The translations under genes and the position numbers were made by a program. Below the pieces are notes generated by a model, which worked only from the letters and a program-made list of their open reading frames with translations, was not told the DNA's origin and made no database searches. Below are positions 35,493-47,968 of a stretch of DNA of 64,000 nucleotides, piece by piece (the stretch's first letter is position 1; the number at the start of each line of letters is the position of its first letter). This stretch comes from Macrostomum lignano (taxonomy: Eukaryota): positions 806,001 through 870,000 of the forward strand of contig NIVC01000087.1 of NCBI GenBank assembly GCA_002269645.1, written 5' to 3'.

Positions 35493-36009
35493 ATGGAAGC
35501 CGAGACGTCAACAGTGGAGTCGCGCAAACGCAAGGCAGCCTCGCCGTCCCGGCAGCCTCCGGACGGCAGCAACGGTGACTGTCCAGTTGAGGAGGAATCT
35601 GCCACCTGCTGGGAGCCGTCTCCGGACGATGTCCAGCTGGTGCTGGCTGCTAGCAAAGGTGACGTGAAGACGGTTCGCCGCCTACTAGCGGAGACGGGCG
35701 CCGATCCGTGCTACCAGGACCACCGCACCGGCATGTCCGTGCTGATGGCAGCCGCAGCCTCTGGCAGCGCCGACACAGTCCGCTGCCTGCTGGACAATGG
35801 CGCTCCCTGGAACGCTGTTGATCGCCAGTACCATTGTGCCGGCGAGTACGCCACTTGGAATGGGCACCAGGCCGTTGTGGACCTGCTGCTGAATCACGCG
35901 GCTGCTTCCGAGCTGCTCCTTGGCGCACTGCTGAGCGGGGAGCGCGCTCTGGGCGTCACCGAGCTGCAGCGCGAGTACATGCGCCAGCGGCTCACCTATT
36001 GTGGCGGCG
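35493..36009 (+). CDS. RMT2: RMT2-type protein arginine methyltransferase exon 1 (ankyrin repeats)
   Basis: LVLAASKGDVKTVRRLL, SVLMAAAASGSADTVRCLLDNGAPWNAVD, AGEYATWNGHQAVVDLLL, SELLLGAL; donor GGCG|GTGAGA (phase 1). Confidence 0.88.
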
Positions 36010-36039
36010 GTGAGAGCTTGGTTGGCTTATAACTGAAGT

Positions 36040-36506
36040 GCGGAATGGCTTGGCTGACAGGGGCGGAATGGCTTGGCTGACAGGGGCGGAATGGCTTGGC
36101 TGACAGGGGCGGAATGGCTTGGCTGACAGGGGCGGAATGGCTTGGCTGACAGGGGCGGAATGGCTTGGCTGACAGGGGCGGAATGGCTTGGCTGACAAGG
36201 GCGGAATGGCTTGGCTGACAGGGGCGGAATGGCTTGGCTGACAGTGGCGGAATGGCTTGGCTGACAGAAGCGGAATGGCTTGGCTGACAGGGGCGGAATG
36301 GCTTGGCTGACAAGGGCGGAATGGCTTGGCTGACAGGGGCGGAATGGCTTGGCTGACAGGGGCGGAATGGCTTGGCTGACAGTGGCGGAATGGCTTGGCT
36401 GACAGAAGCGGAATGGCTTGGCTGACAGGGGCGGAATGGCTTGGCTGACAGAAGCGGAATGGCTTGGCTGATAGGGGCGGAATGGCTTGGCTGATAGGGG
36501 CGGAAT
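36040..36506. repeat. 23-bp intronic satellite, left part
   Basis: Unit GGCGGAATGGCTTGGCTGACAGG. Confidence 0.97.
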
Positions 36507-37801
36507 CACAGACAATATAGAATATAGACCAGTAAAGTGAAGAAAAAAGTGGGCCATTTTCCCCCATAAGAAACTGGTCCCTCTCACCCACCCCAGCTCG
36601 ATCGATATGTGGTACAGGGCGGGCCTCTTTTCCATTGTGCTCCTATTGGACACATGCAATTGAGATACATTTTTTTCTTCTTTTTTTTACATAAAACGCC
36701 ATGAAAACCAAATACATAAAAGTAATGAAATTAAATTAAATTACCCCGAAATGTCCTTCGAAGTCCCAGCTTTCAGATTAAGAAAAATTGCTGTGCGCAG
36801 CAGCTTTCTGTCTCCTTCCTGCCTTTCTTAATAAGTGCGACATGTCTTTCGCAATTTTCTTCATGCGAATTCTGATGTAAAAAATGCTCATAACTTTCTT
36901 GACTCAATACCTGTGCTAACAGCTGCAGCTTGTGTGACTCAATACCTGTGCTAACAGCTGCTGAATGCGAATCTAATTCAGAGAATAGCGGTTGAAATTC
37001 AAAGTGAAATTCAAATTCAAAGTCTCTCGAACAGCGATTTAGCTTGAAAAGCAGCTATCAAAGCTGGAGCGGCGAATAATCGTTTCGGTGTTCAGCAGAA
37101 TACGTATAGTTCGTGGAGTGCTTGGACGCAGAATCCTGGAAGGCATCGTACACACTTGAGATCCATTTCCGTAGAGAAGGTGGATGCATGGAAGCTGGAA
37201 AACTTTCTCACGTATTCGTATGCCTTAGGACTGTAATAGTGCAACGTGGAAGCAAATCGCCGAACTTCAGGAGGAAATTTTTTATCCTCTTGTTTTTAGT
37301 TGGCACTAGTGCTTCATCCACAATATTCTTTGCCTACAGCACTTTCACAATTTCTGTCAGTGACTTTGACCGCGCCCTTAGTCGCTGGTGCTTCTTGTTC
37401 AGCTCCCTGAGCACAGCAATAGTTGCCACATTTTCTGGCGCTTTTCTCCTTTTTGATACACTATGAAAGCTGGCTGAGGCTGCATGGATAAGAATGCTTT
37501 AATTGGTTTTTTGCTGGATATTTTTGCAAGGAACTTGTAATTCAAATCAAATTCAATTTCAATTTCAATTCAATCAATTCAATTCAAATCTAATTTACAT
37601 TTATTTTGCCTCCCTGGGGTTTTAAACTCTTTATAATTAGTAAATTTCAAGCTTGAAAACTTGCACTTGCCCATTTTTTGTCCCACATATCGATCGAAGT
37701 TGGGGCTTTGTGGAAGGACCATTTTTTGTGTTGCTTTTTTGTCCCACAACGCGCCTGGGCAGGCCCCCGAGATTCGCAGTCTATATTCTATATGGTCTGT
37801 G
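36507..37801 (-). mobile_element. Internally deleted P-element-superfamily (THAP9-like) transposon, 1295 bp
   Basis: 23-bp TIRs CACAGACAATATAGAATATAGAC / GTCTATATTCTATATGGTCTGTG (1 mismatch); 8-bp TSD GGCGGAAT; 19-bp subterminal inverted repeat at 36598-36616 and 37679-37697. Minus-strand remnant KKFPPEVRRFASTLHYYSPKAYEYVRKF...LRKWISSV...LPGF, plus a C-terminal-like FYIRIRMKKIAK. Confidence 0.9.
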
Positions 37802-39055
37802 GGCGGAATGGCTTGGCTGACAAGGGCGGAATGGCTAGGCTGACAGGGGCGGAATGGCTTGGCTGACAGGGGCGGAATTGCTTGGCTGACAGGGGTGGAA
37901 TGGCTTGGCTGACAGGGGCGGAATTGCTTGGCTGACAGGGGTGGAATGGCTTGGCTGACAGGGGCGGAATGGCTTGGCTGACAGGGGCGGAATGGCTTGG
38001 CTGACAGGGGTGGAATGGCTTGGCTGACAAGGGTGGAATCGCTTGGCTGACAAGGGTGGAATGGCTTGGCTGACAGGGGCGGAATGGCTAGGCTGACAGG
38101 GGCGGAATGGCTAGGCTGACAGGGGCGGAATTGCTTGGCTGACAGGGGTGGAATGGCTTGGCTGACAGGGGCGGAATTGCTTGGCTGACAGGGGTGGAAT
38201 GGCTTGGCTGACAGGGGCGGAATGGCTTGGCTGACAGGGGCGGAATGGCTTGGCTGACAGGGGTGGAATGGCTTGGCTGACAAGGGTGGAATCGCTTGGC
38301 TGACAAGGGTGGAATGGCTTGGCTGACAGGGGCGGAATGGCTTGGCTGACAGGGGCGGAATTGCTTGGCTGACAGGGGTGGAATGGCTTGGCTGACAGGG
38401 GCGGAATGGCTTGGCTGACAAGGGTGGAATGGCTTGGCTGACAGGGGCGGAATGGCTTGGCTGACAGGGGCGGAATTGCTTGGCTGACAGGGGCGGAATG
38501 GCTTGGCTGATAGGGGCGGAATGGCTTGGCTGATAGGGGCGGAATGGCTTGGCTGACAGGGGCGGAATGGCTTGGCTGACAGGGGCGGAATGGCTTGGCT
38601 GACAGGGGCGGAGTTGCTTGGCTGACAGGGGCGGAATGGCTTGGCTGATAGGGGCGGAATGGCTTGGCTGATAGGGGCGGAATGGCTTGGCTGACAGGGG
38701 CGGAATGGCTTGGCTGACAGGGGCGGAATGGCTTGGCTGACAGAAGCGGAATGGCTTGGCTGACAAGGGCGGAATGGCTTGGCTGACAGAAGCGGAATGG
38801 CTTGGCTGACAAGGGCGGAATGGCTTGGCTGACAGGGGCGGAATGGCTTGGCTGACAGGGGCGGAATGGCTTGGCTGACAGCAGCCGAATGGCTTGGCTG
38901 ACAGGGGCGGAATGGCTTGGCTGACAGAAGCGGAATGGCTTGGCTGACAGGGGCGGAATGGCTTGGCTGACAGAAGCGGAATGGCTTGGCTGACAGGGGC
39001 GGAATGGCTTGGCTGACAGGGGCGGAATGGCTTGGCTGACAGGGGCGGAATGGCT
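37802..39055. repeat. 23-bp intronic satellite, right part
   Basis: Same unit and orientation as 36040-36506. Confidence 0.97.
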
Positions 39056-39139
39056 CATACCGCTTCAACCTGGCAGAGCCAGACTATCAGTTGGCGTAGA
39101 CTATCAGACTTACCCTCACACCTCCGTGCTCCCCCGCAG

Positions 39140-39789
39140 GCGACCTGCTACTCGACGGCGAAGGCTACGCCGTCATGATGGCCTGGGAGCAGCCGCTCAT
39201 GGAGCGACACGCCAGCTACATCTGCCCGCGGCCCGGCCTGCGCGTCCTGAACGTCGGCTTCGGCATGGGCATCGTAGACACCGAGCTGCAGAAACTCGGC
39301 CCGGCCAGCCACACCATTGTTGAAGCGCATCCGGACGTTCTGGCCAGAATGCGCGACCAAGGCTGGCCGGACAAGCCCGGCGTCCGGATCGTGTCCGGCC
39401 GCTGGCAGGACGTCGTCGCCGACCTTGGCCCGTTCGACGGCGTCTTCTTCGACACGTACGCCGAGGACGACCTTGACTTGCACTCGTTTCACGCCCACCT
39501 GCCCCGGCTGCTGGCGCCCGGCGGCCGCTACGCCTTCTACAATGGCATGTGCCCGGACAATGTCTTCTTCCACGCAGTCGCCTGCGAAGTTGTCCGACTG
39601 CGGCTGCTCCGGCTCGGCCTGCGGTGCACCTTCCGGCCGCTTCCGGTCAAAGTGGACGACGCCAAGTTGTGGCAGGGAGTGCGCGATCGCTACTGGCACT
39701 TCGACACCTACTACCTGCCCGAGGTGTGCCGGCCCGAGGAGGAGGACAGCCAGTCAGCCGCGGCGCCGATGGATGCCAGTTCCGAGTGA
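39140..39789 (+). CDS. RMT2: RMT2-type methyltransferase exon 2 (class I SAM domain), stop TGA 39787-39789
   Basis: Acceptor ctcccccgcag|GC (phase 1); AVMMAWEQPLM, VLNVGFGMGIVD (motif I), HTIVEAHPDV, GRWQD, FDGVFFDTY, LPRLLAPGG, YWHFDTYYLP. The joined product is 388 aa. Confidence 0.92.
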
Positions 39790-39894
39790 TTGACAGTTAC
39801 ACTAGAGAGATACGCTTGCAGTGCGCACGATTCCCATTCAATTCGTGTTGCAAATTAATGCTTTTCAAATTTGTTTCTCGCTTCCATTTCCTCT

Positions 39895-40336
39895 TCCCTG
39901 GCGCCGATCCCCATCCCCTGGCGCCGGTCCCCATCCCCTGGCGCCGATCCCCATCCCCTGGCGCCCATCCCCCTTCCCCTGGCGCCGATCCCCCTCCCCT
40001 GGCGCCGATCCCCATCCCCTGGCGCCGATCCCCCTCCCCCCTCCCCTGGCGCCGATCCCCATCCCCTGGCGCCGGTCCCCCTCCCCTGGCACCGATCCCC
40101 ATCCCCTGGCGCCGATCCCCATCCCCTGGCGCCGATCCCCATCCCCTGGCGCCGATCCCCATCCCCTGGCGCCGATCCCCATCCCCTGGCGCCGATCCCC
40201 TCCCCTGGCGCCGATCCCCATCCCCTGGCGCCGATCCCCATCCCCTGGCGCCGATCCCCATCCCCTGGCGCCGATCCCCCTCCCCTGGCGCCGATCCCCA
40301 TCCACTGGCGCCGATCCCCCTCCCCTGGCGCCGATC
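39895..40336. repeat. 20-bp C-rich minisatellite
   Basis: Unit CCCTGGCGCCGATCCCCATC. Confidence 0.95.
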
Positions 40337-40825
40337 CCTTAGCGGTAGTTTCCTTCCCCTAGCGCCACTTGGTTGCAAACGATAATTAACAGCTAGTCCC
40401 CATTTAGTCTTGATACATTGGTTCCGAAAAACAGCAGCGTATCTGTCTACTGTTTATCCTTCGGTTTTTTCGGGTAGATAGTAGATAGCGAATATTATGG
40501 CAGATACTACCATTATGAGTGCTCCGTTTCTTTTGCAGTTAGAGGCCAATTTCTGTTCTGTTCTATTCAGAATAGACGCCTTTGTGTTCTCTTCAGACTG
40601 GAGCGAATGCTATTGAGCTTTGCCTGCTACCTATGCAGTCCATTGCGCTGTTCTCTTGACGCAAACCGTTCTAATTTTAGCTGAATTATGCATTTTAAAC
40701 AGTTCCTCCCTGCCCGATAATAAAATGGGTCCGTTTTCAGCTCAACTGCGGCCTGCAGGCTGAGTGCTGGTGTGTTTTTGGATTGAAAAATGGAATTGAA
40801 TTGCATTAGATTGATAAATTGATTT

Positions 40826-40826
40826 A

Positions 40827-40885
<59 letters not shown>

Positions 40886-40895
40886 GATCTATGCG

Positions 40896-40978
<83 letters not shown>

Positions 40979-41016
40979 GTCTATCTATCCATCTATCTAT
41001 CTATCCGTCTATCTAT

Positions 41017-41056
<40 letters not shown>

Positions 41057-41075
41057 TTATCTATCTATCTGTCTG

Positions 41076-41128
<53 letters not shown>

Positions 41129-41147
41129 TTATCTATCTATCTGTCTG

Positions 41148-41234
<87 letters not shown>

Positions 41235-41327
41235 GTCTATCTATCTATCTATCTATCTATCTGTCTATCTATCTATCTATCTATCTATCTGTCTGTCTAT
41301 CTATCTATCTAACTATCTATCTATCTG

Positions 41328-41363
<36 letters not shown>

Positions 41364-41364
41364 A

Positions 41365-41425
<61 letters not shown>

Positions 41426-41427
41426 CG

Positions 41428-41512
<85 letters not shown>

Positions 41513-41535
41513 TTATCTATCTATCTATCTGTCTG

Positions 41536-41603
<68 letters not shown>

Positions 41604-41604
41604 A

Positions 41605-41677
<73 letters not shown>

Positions 41678-41679
41678 CG

Positions 41680-41749
<70 letters not shown>

Positions 41750-41777
41750 CGTCTATCTATCTATCTATCTATCCATC

Positions 41778-41856
<79 letters not shown>
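40826..41856. repeat. ~1-kb (TCTA)n microsatellite
   Basis: Direct reading, with occasional TCTG/TCCG/TTTA variants. Confidence 0.98.
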
Positions 41857-42344
41857 ACAGTTGAAATAAACTGCGTCACCACTGTAATAAATATTCGCTT
41901 GCTTTTAACCATGCCAATAAATCGGTGCAAAAAACTCTTCAAGGTCAGGGTATTGTGTGGCAAGGGCCTATTTGGCAGTCAAAGGCGATCTAACTGACTC
42001 AAATAACACTGGCTCCCTGCAAACGCCATGGCTTGGGGCTGAGGACGACTCTTGCAATTGAAAATGAAATTCTCAATAGTCAGAGACAGCAGTTCAAGTG
42101 CTCTATGCTGTGTGCGTGCCCAATTATTCTCCGAGCTTAAAATGTATCGGCCAACGCAGATTCTAAAAATTGATTAAATAGTACACACGAAAGGGGTCTA
42201 GATTTTGTATCGTTCATTCGATAGATAATTTAGTCCACTGCATTTGTCTGTTGCAGCCACGCTGGAGAATGAAACCGTTGTAGCAGCTGTGTGGAAGGGA
42301 GGGAGACAATGATGTGGGGGACAAGTGCTTTCAAGAGTTGGCCC

Positions 42345-45300
42345 GTCAGGATTTGAGCTTCAATCCGCTTCTCATTCAGGATTTGAGATTCAATCCGCTT
42401 CTCCTTCAGGATTTGAGCTTCAATCCGCTTCTCCTTCAGGATTTGAGATTCAATCCGCTTCTCCTTCAGGATTTGAGCTTCAATCCGCTTCTCATTCAGG
42501 ATTTGAGATTCAATCCGCTTCTCCTTCAGGATTTGAGCTTCAATCCGCTTCTCCTTCAGGATTTGAGATTCAATCCGCTCCTCCTTCAGGATTTGAGATT
42601 CAATCCGCTTCTCCTTCAGGATTTGAGATTCAATCCGCTTCTCATTCAGGATTTGAGCTTCAATCCGCTCCTCCTTCAGGATTTGAGCTTCAATCGCTCC
42701 TCCTTCAGGATTTGAGCTTCAATCCGCCTCTCCTTCAGGATTTGAGCTTCTATCCGCTTCTCCTTCAGGATTTGAGATTCAATCCGCTCCTCCTTCAGGA
42801 TTTGAGATTCAATCCGCTTCTCATTCAGGATTTGAGCTTTAATCCGCTCCTCCTTCAGGATTTGAGCTTCTATCCGCTCCTCCTCCAGGATTTGAGATTC
42901 AATCCGCTTCTCATTCAGGATTTGAGCTTTAATCCGCTCCTCCTTCAGGATTTGAGCTTCAATCCGCTTCTCCTTCAGGATTTGAGATTCAATCCGCTCC
43001 TCCTTCAGGATTTGAGCTTCAATCGCTCCTCCTTCAGGATTTGAGCTTCAATCCGCCTCTCCTTCAGGATTTGAGCTTCTATCCGCTTCTCCTTCAGGAA
43101 TTTGAGCTTCTATCCGCTCCTCCTTCAGGATTTGAGCTTCAATCGCTCCTCCTTCAGGATTTGAGCTTCTATCCGCTCCTCCTTCAGGATTTGAGCTTCT
43201 ATCCGCTCCTCCTTCAGGATTTGAGCTTCAATCCGCTCCTCCTTCAGGATTTGAGATTCAATCCGCTTCTCATTCAGGATTTGAGCTTCAATCCGCTCCT
43301 CATTCAGGATTTGAGATTCAATCCGCTTCTAATTCAGGATTTGAGCTTCTATCCGCTCCTCCTTCAGGATTTGAGCTTCTATCCGCTCCTCCTTCAGGAT
43401 TTGAGCTTCTATCCGCTCCTCCTTCAGGATTTGAGCTTCAATCCGCTCCTCCTTCAGGATTTGAGCTTCAATCCGCTCCTCCTTCAGGATTTGAGCTTCT
43501 ATCCGCTCCTCCTTCAGGATTTGAGCTTCTATCCGCTCCTCCTTCAGGATTTGAGCTTCAATCCGCTTCTCCTTCAGGATTTGAGATTCAATCCGCTCCT
43601 CCTTCAGGATTTGAGCTTCAATCGCTCCTCCTTCAGGATTTGAGCTTCAATCCGCCTCTCCTTCAGGATTTGAGCTTCTATCCGCTTCTCCTTCAGGATT
43701 TGAGCTTCAATCGCTCCTCCTTCAGGATTTGAGCTTTAATCCGCTCCTCCTTCAGGATTTGAGCTTCTATCCGCTCCTCCTTCAGGATTTGAGCTTCAAT
43801 CCGCTCCTCCTTCAGGATTTGAGATTCAATCCGCTTCTCATTCAGGATTTGAGATTCAATCCGCTTCTCATTCAGGATTTGAGATTCAATCCGCTTCTCC
43901 TTCAGGATTTGAGCTTCAATCCGCTCCTCATTCAGGATTTGAGATTCAATCCGCTCCTCCTTCAGGATTTGAGATTCAATCCGCTTCTCATTCAGGATTT
44001 GAGATTCAATCCGCTCCTCCTTCAGGATTTGAGATTCAATCCGCTTCTCATTCAGGATTTGAGATTCAATCCGCTTCTCATTCAGGATTTGAGATTCAAT
44101 CCGCTCCTCCTTCAGGATTTGAGCTTCAATCGCTCCTCCTTCAGGATTTGAGCTTCTATCCGCTTATCCTTCAGGATTTGAGCTTCAATCCGCTCCTCCT
44201 TCAGGATTTGAGATTCAATCCGCTCCTCCTTCAGGATTTGAGATTCAATCCGCTTCTCATTCAGGATTTGAGCTTTAATCCGCTCCTCCTTCAGGATTTG
44301 AGCTTCTATCCGCTCCTCCTCCAGGATTTGAGATTCAATCCGCTTCTCATTCAGGATTTGAGCTTTAATCCGCTCCTCCTTCAGGATTTGAGATTCAATC
44401 CGCTTCTCATTCAGGATTTGAGATTCAATCCGCTTCTCATTCAGGATTTGAGATTCAATCCGCTCCTCCTTCAGGATTTGAGCTTCAATCGCTCCTCCTT
44501 CAGGATTTGAGATTCAATCCGCTTCTCCTTCAGGATTTGAGCTTCAATCGCTCCTCCTTCAGGATTTGAGATTCAATCCGCTCCTCCTTCAGGATTTGAG
44601 CTTCAATCGCTCCTCCTTCAGGATTTGAGATTCAATCCGCTCCTCCTTCAGGATTTGAGCTTCAATCGCTCCTCCTTCAGGATTTGAGATTCAATCCGCT
44701 TCTCCTTCAGGATTTGAGCTTCAATCCGCTCCTCCTTCAGGATTTGAGCTTCTATCCGCTTCTCCTTCAGGAATTTGAGCTTCTATCCGCTCCTCCTTCA
44801 GGATTTGAGCTTCAATCGCTCCTCCTTCAGGATTTGAGATTCAATCCGCTCCTCCTTCAGGATTTGAGCTTCTATCCGCTCCTCCTTCAGGATTTGAGCT
44901 TCAATCCGCTCCTCCTTCAGGATTTGAGATTCAATCCGCTTCTCATTCAGGATTTGAGATTAAATCCGCTTCTCATTCAGGATTTGAGATTCAATCCGCT
45001 TCTCCTTCAGGATTTGAGCTTCAATCCGCTCCTCATTCAGGATTTGAGATTCAATCCGCTCCTCCTTCAGGATTTGAGATTCAATCCGCTTCTCATTCAG
45101 GATTTGAGATTCAATCCGCTCCTCCTTCAGGATTTGAGATTCAATCCGCTTCTCATTCAGGATTTGAGCTTCAATCCGCTCCTCATTCAGGATTTGAGAT
45201 TCAATCCGCCTCTCCTTCAGGATTTGAGATTCAATCCGCTTCTCATTCAGGATTTGAGATTCAATCCGCTTCTCCTTCAGGATTTGAGATTCAATCCGCT

Positions 45301-47146
45301 TCTCATTCAGGATTTGAGCTTCAATCCGCTCCTCCTTCAGGATTTGAGCTTCAATCGCTCCTCCTTCAGGATTTGAGCTTCAATCCGCCTCTCCTTCAGG
45401 ATTTGAGCTTCAATCCGCTCCTCCTTCAGGATTTGAGCTTCAATCGCTCCTCCTTCAGGATTTGAGCTTCAATCCGCCTCTCCTTCAGGATTTGAGCTTC
45501 TATCCGCTTCTCCTTCAGGATTTGAGCTTCTATCCGCTCCTCCTTCAGGATTTGAGCTTCAATCGCTCCTCCTTCAGGATTTGAGCTTCTATCCGCTCCT
45601 CCTTCAGGATTTGAGCTTCTATCCGCTCCTCCTTCAGGATTTGAGCTTCTATCCGCTCCTCCTTCAGGATTTGAGCTTCAATCCGCTTCTCATTCAGGAT
45701 TTGAGCTTCAATCCGCTCCTCCTTCAGGATTTGAGCTTCAATCCGCTCTCCTTCAGGATTTGAGCTTCAATCCGCTCCTCCTTCAGGATTTGAGCTTCAA
45801 TCCGCTCCTCCTTCAGGATTTGAGCTTCAATCCGCTCTCCTTCAGGATTTGAGCTTCTATCCGCTCTCCTTCAGGATTTGAGCTTCTATCCGCTCCTCCT
45901 TCAGGATTTGAGCTTCAATCGCTCCTCCTTCAGGATTTGAGCTTCAATCCGCTCCTCCTTCAGGATTTGAGCTTCTATCCGCTCCTCCTTCAGGATTTGA
46001 GCTTCTATCCGCTCCTCCTTCAGGATTTGAGCTTCAATCCGCTCCTCCTTCAGGATTTGAGCTTCAATCCGCTCCTCCTTCAGGATTTGAGCTTCAATCC
46101 GCTCCTCCTTCAGGATTTGAGCTTCTATCCGCTCCTCCTTCAGGATTTGAGCTTCAATCCGCTCCTCCTTCAGGATTTGAGATTCAATCCGCTCCTCCTT
46201 CAGGATTTGAGCTTCAATCCGCTTCTCCTTCAGGATTTGAGATTCAATCCGCTCCTCCTTCAGGATTTGAGATTCAATCCGCCTCTCCTTCAGGATTTGA
46301 GATTCAATCCGCTTCTCCTTCAGGATTTGAGATTCAATCCGCTCCTCCTTCAGGATTTGAGCTTCTATCCGCTTCTCCTTCAGGATTTGAGCTTCTATCC
46401 GCTCCTCCTCCCGGATTTGAGCTTCAATCCGCTCCTCCTTCAGGATTTGAGCTTCAATCCGCTTCTCCTTCAGGATTTGAGATTCAATCCGCTCCTCCTT
46501 CAGGATTTGAGATTCAATCCGCTTCTCCTTCAGGATTTGAGATTCAATCCGCTTCTCCTTCAGGATTTGAGATTCAATCCGCTTCTCCTTCAGGATTTGA
46601 GCTTCAATCCGCTTCTCCTTCAGGATTTGAGATTCAATCCGCTCCTCCTTCAGGATTTGAGCTTCAATCCGCTTCTCCTTCAGGATTTGAGCTTCAATCC
46701 GCTCCTCCTTCAGGATTTGAGATTCAATCCGCTCCTCCTTCAGGATTTGAGCTTCAATCCGCTTCTCCTTCAGGATTTGAGATTCAATCCGCTCCTCCTT
46801 CAGGATTTGAGATTCAATCCGCTTCTCCTTCAGGATTTGAGATTCAATCCGCTTCTCCTTCAGGATTTGAGATTCAATCCGCTCCTCCTTCAGGATTTGA
46901 GATTCAATCCGCTCCTCCTTCAGGATTTGAGCTTCAATCCGCTTCTCCTTCAGGATTTGAGCTTTAATCCGCTCCTCCTTCAGGATTTGAGATTCAATCC
47001 GCTCTCCTTCAGGATTTGAGATTCAATCCGCTCCTCCTTCAGGATTTGAGATTCAATCCGCTCCTCCTTCAGGATTTGAGCTTCAATCCGCTCAGGATCC
47101 GCTTCTCCTTCAGGATTTGAGATTCAATCCGCTCCTCCTTCAGGAA
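42345..47146. repeat. ~4.8-kb 30-bp minisatellite (~160 units)
   Basis: Unit CAGGATTTGAG(C/A)TTC(A/T)ATCCGCT(C/T)CTC(C/A)TT, interspersed with 29-bp deletion variants. Confidence 0.98.
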
Positions 47147-47746
47147 GCTTCTGAATGTGAACGACAAGACTTTTGACGATGTCGAGTCTCGAGCTTGTGA
47201 AGTTCGAGCTTGTGAAGTTCGAGCTTGTGAAGTTCGAGCTTGTGAAGTTCGAGCTTGTGAAAGCGACCCGCGCCAATGATCGTGACCTAATTAGAAATCA
47301 AGTATAATATAGTTGATAAACAATCAAACAGCAATATATTCGACGCTAATCATTAATTCATAGGCTTTTATTTCCATACTCTCAAATAAAATCCTGCAGC
47401 CTCAATTGCTGAGCAAGGTACTGTAATTGTTAATGTAATTGCATTGTAATTTACCTTTTACGAGCTAAAGAAATTTATAGTTACTTCTCATGACTACCTA
47501 CATATAGATTTCTATTTTCGATCATGGACTACTAACAGCTGTGTTTAAATTTACGAGTATAGCTGGCTTCGCTTTCTTACTGGTTGTATGACGAGGCATT
47601 TAGCTATAAGAATGAAGTTATAGTTACTCCCGCCGACTACCTAAAAGCAACGATTGATAAAGGACGTTACTCATTAATATATTTTTATTGTCATGCTCTC
47701 AGTTACAATCCTGCAGCCGCATGGCTGAGCCTAGGTAATTGCAGTG

Positions 47747-47968
47747 TCAGGCGCACACAATGGCCGCATCGGTGGGTCTCGTGAGCAGCAGGCTGGACGG
47801 GTTGTCCTTGGCCAGCGCCAGGACTTTCGAGCTGTGATAGCACAACTCGTTCGATTGGCGGTAGCCGCATTCGTACTGGCTGGAGCAGCTGAACTTGAAC
47901 AGGTTTTTAGCGCTATAGTCAGGCCGGCCAAAGTAGGGGAATTCGCGCGGACTGCCCAAGTGCTCCAT
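47747..47968 (-). CDS. Secreted Cys-rich protein A, exon 2 (terminal)
   Basis: Minus-strand acceptor cacctgcacag|ATG (phase 0); MEHLGSPREFPYFG...FSCSSQYECGYRQSNELC...IVCA*; AATAAA at 47689-47684. Confidence 0.7.
   Translation of the reverse strand: MEHLGSPREFPYFGRPDYSAKNLFKFSCSSQYECGYRQSNELCYHSSKVLALAKDNPSSLLLTRPTDAAIVCA

Noticed and set aside
26933-41364. Repetitive ORFs over the 18-, 21-, 35-, 23- and 20-bp arrays and (TCTA)n
   Set aside because: Translation artefacts of tandem repeats, open in several frames or strands, with no splice or start context. The 23-bp arrays lie within the RMT2 intron.
42314-47019. Long ORFs of QDLSFNPLLL or GFELQSAPPS repeats (possible mucin or adhesive protein)
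   Set aside because: They arise from a 30-bp unit. 29-bp variants repeatedly shift the frame, and variation is not biased to synonymous sites in either frame.
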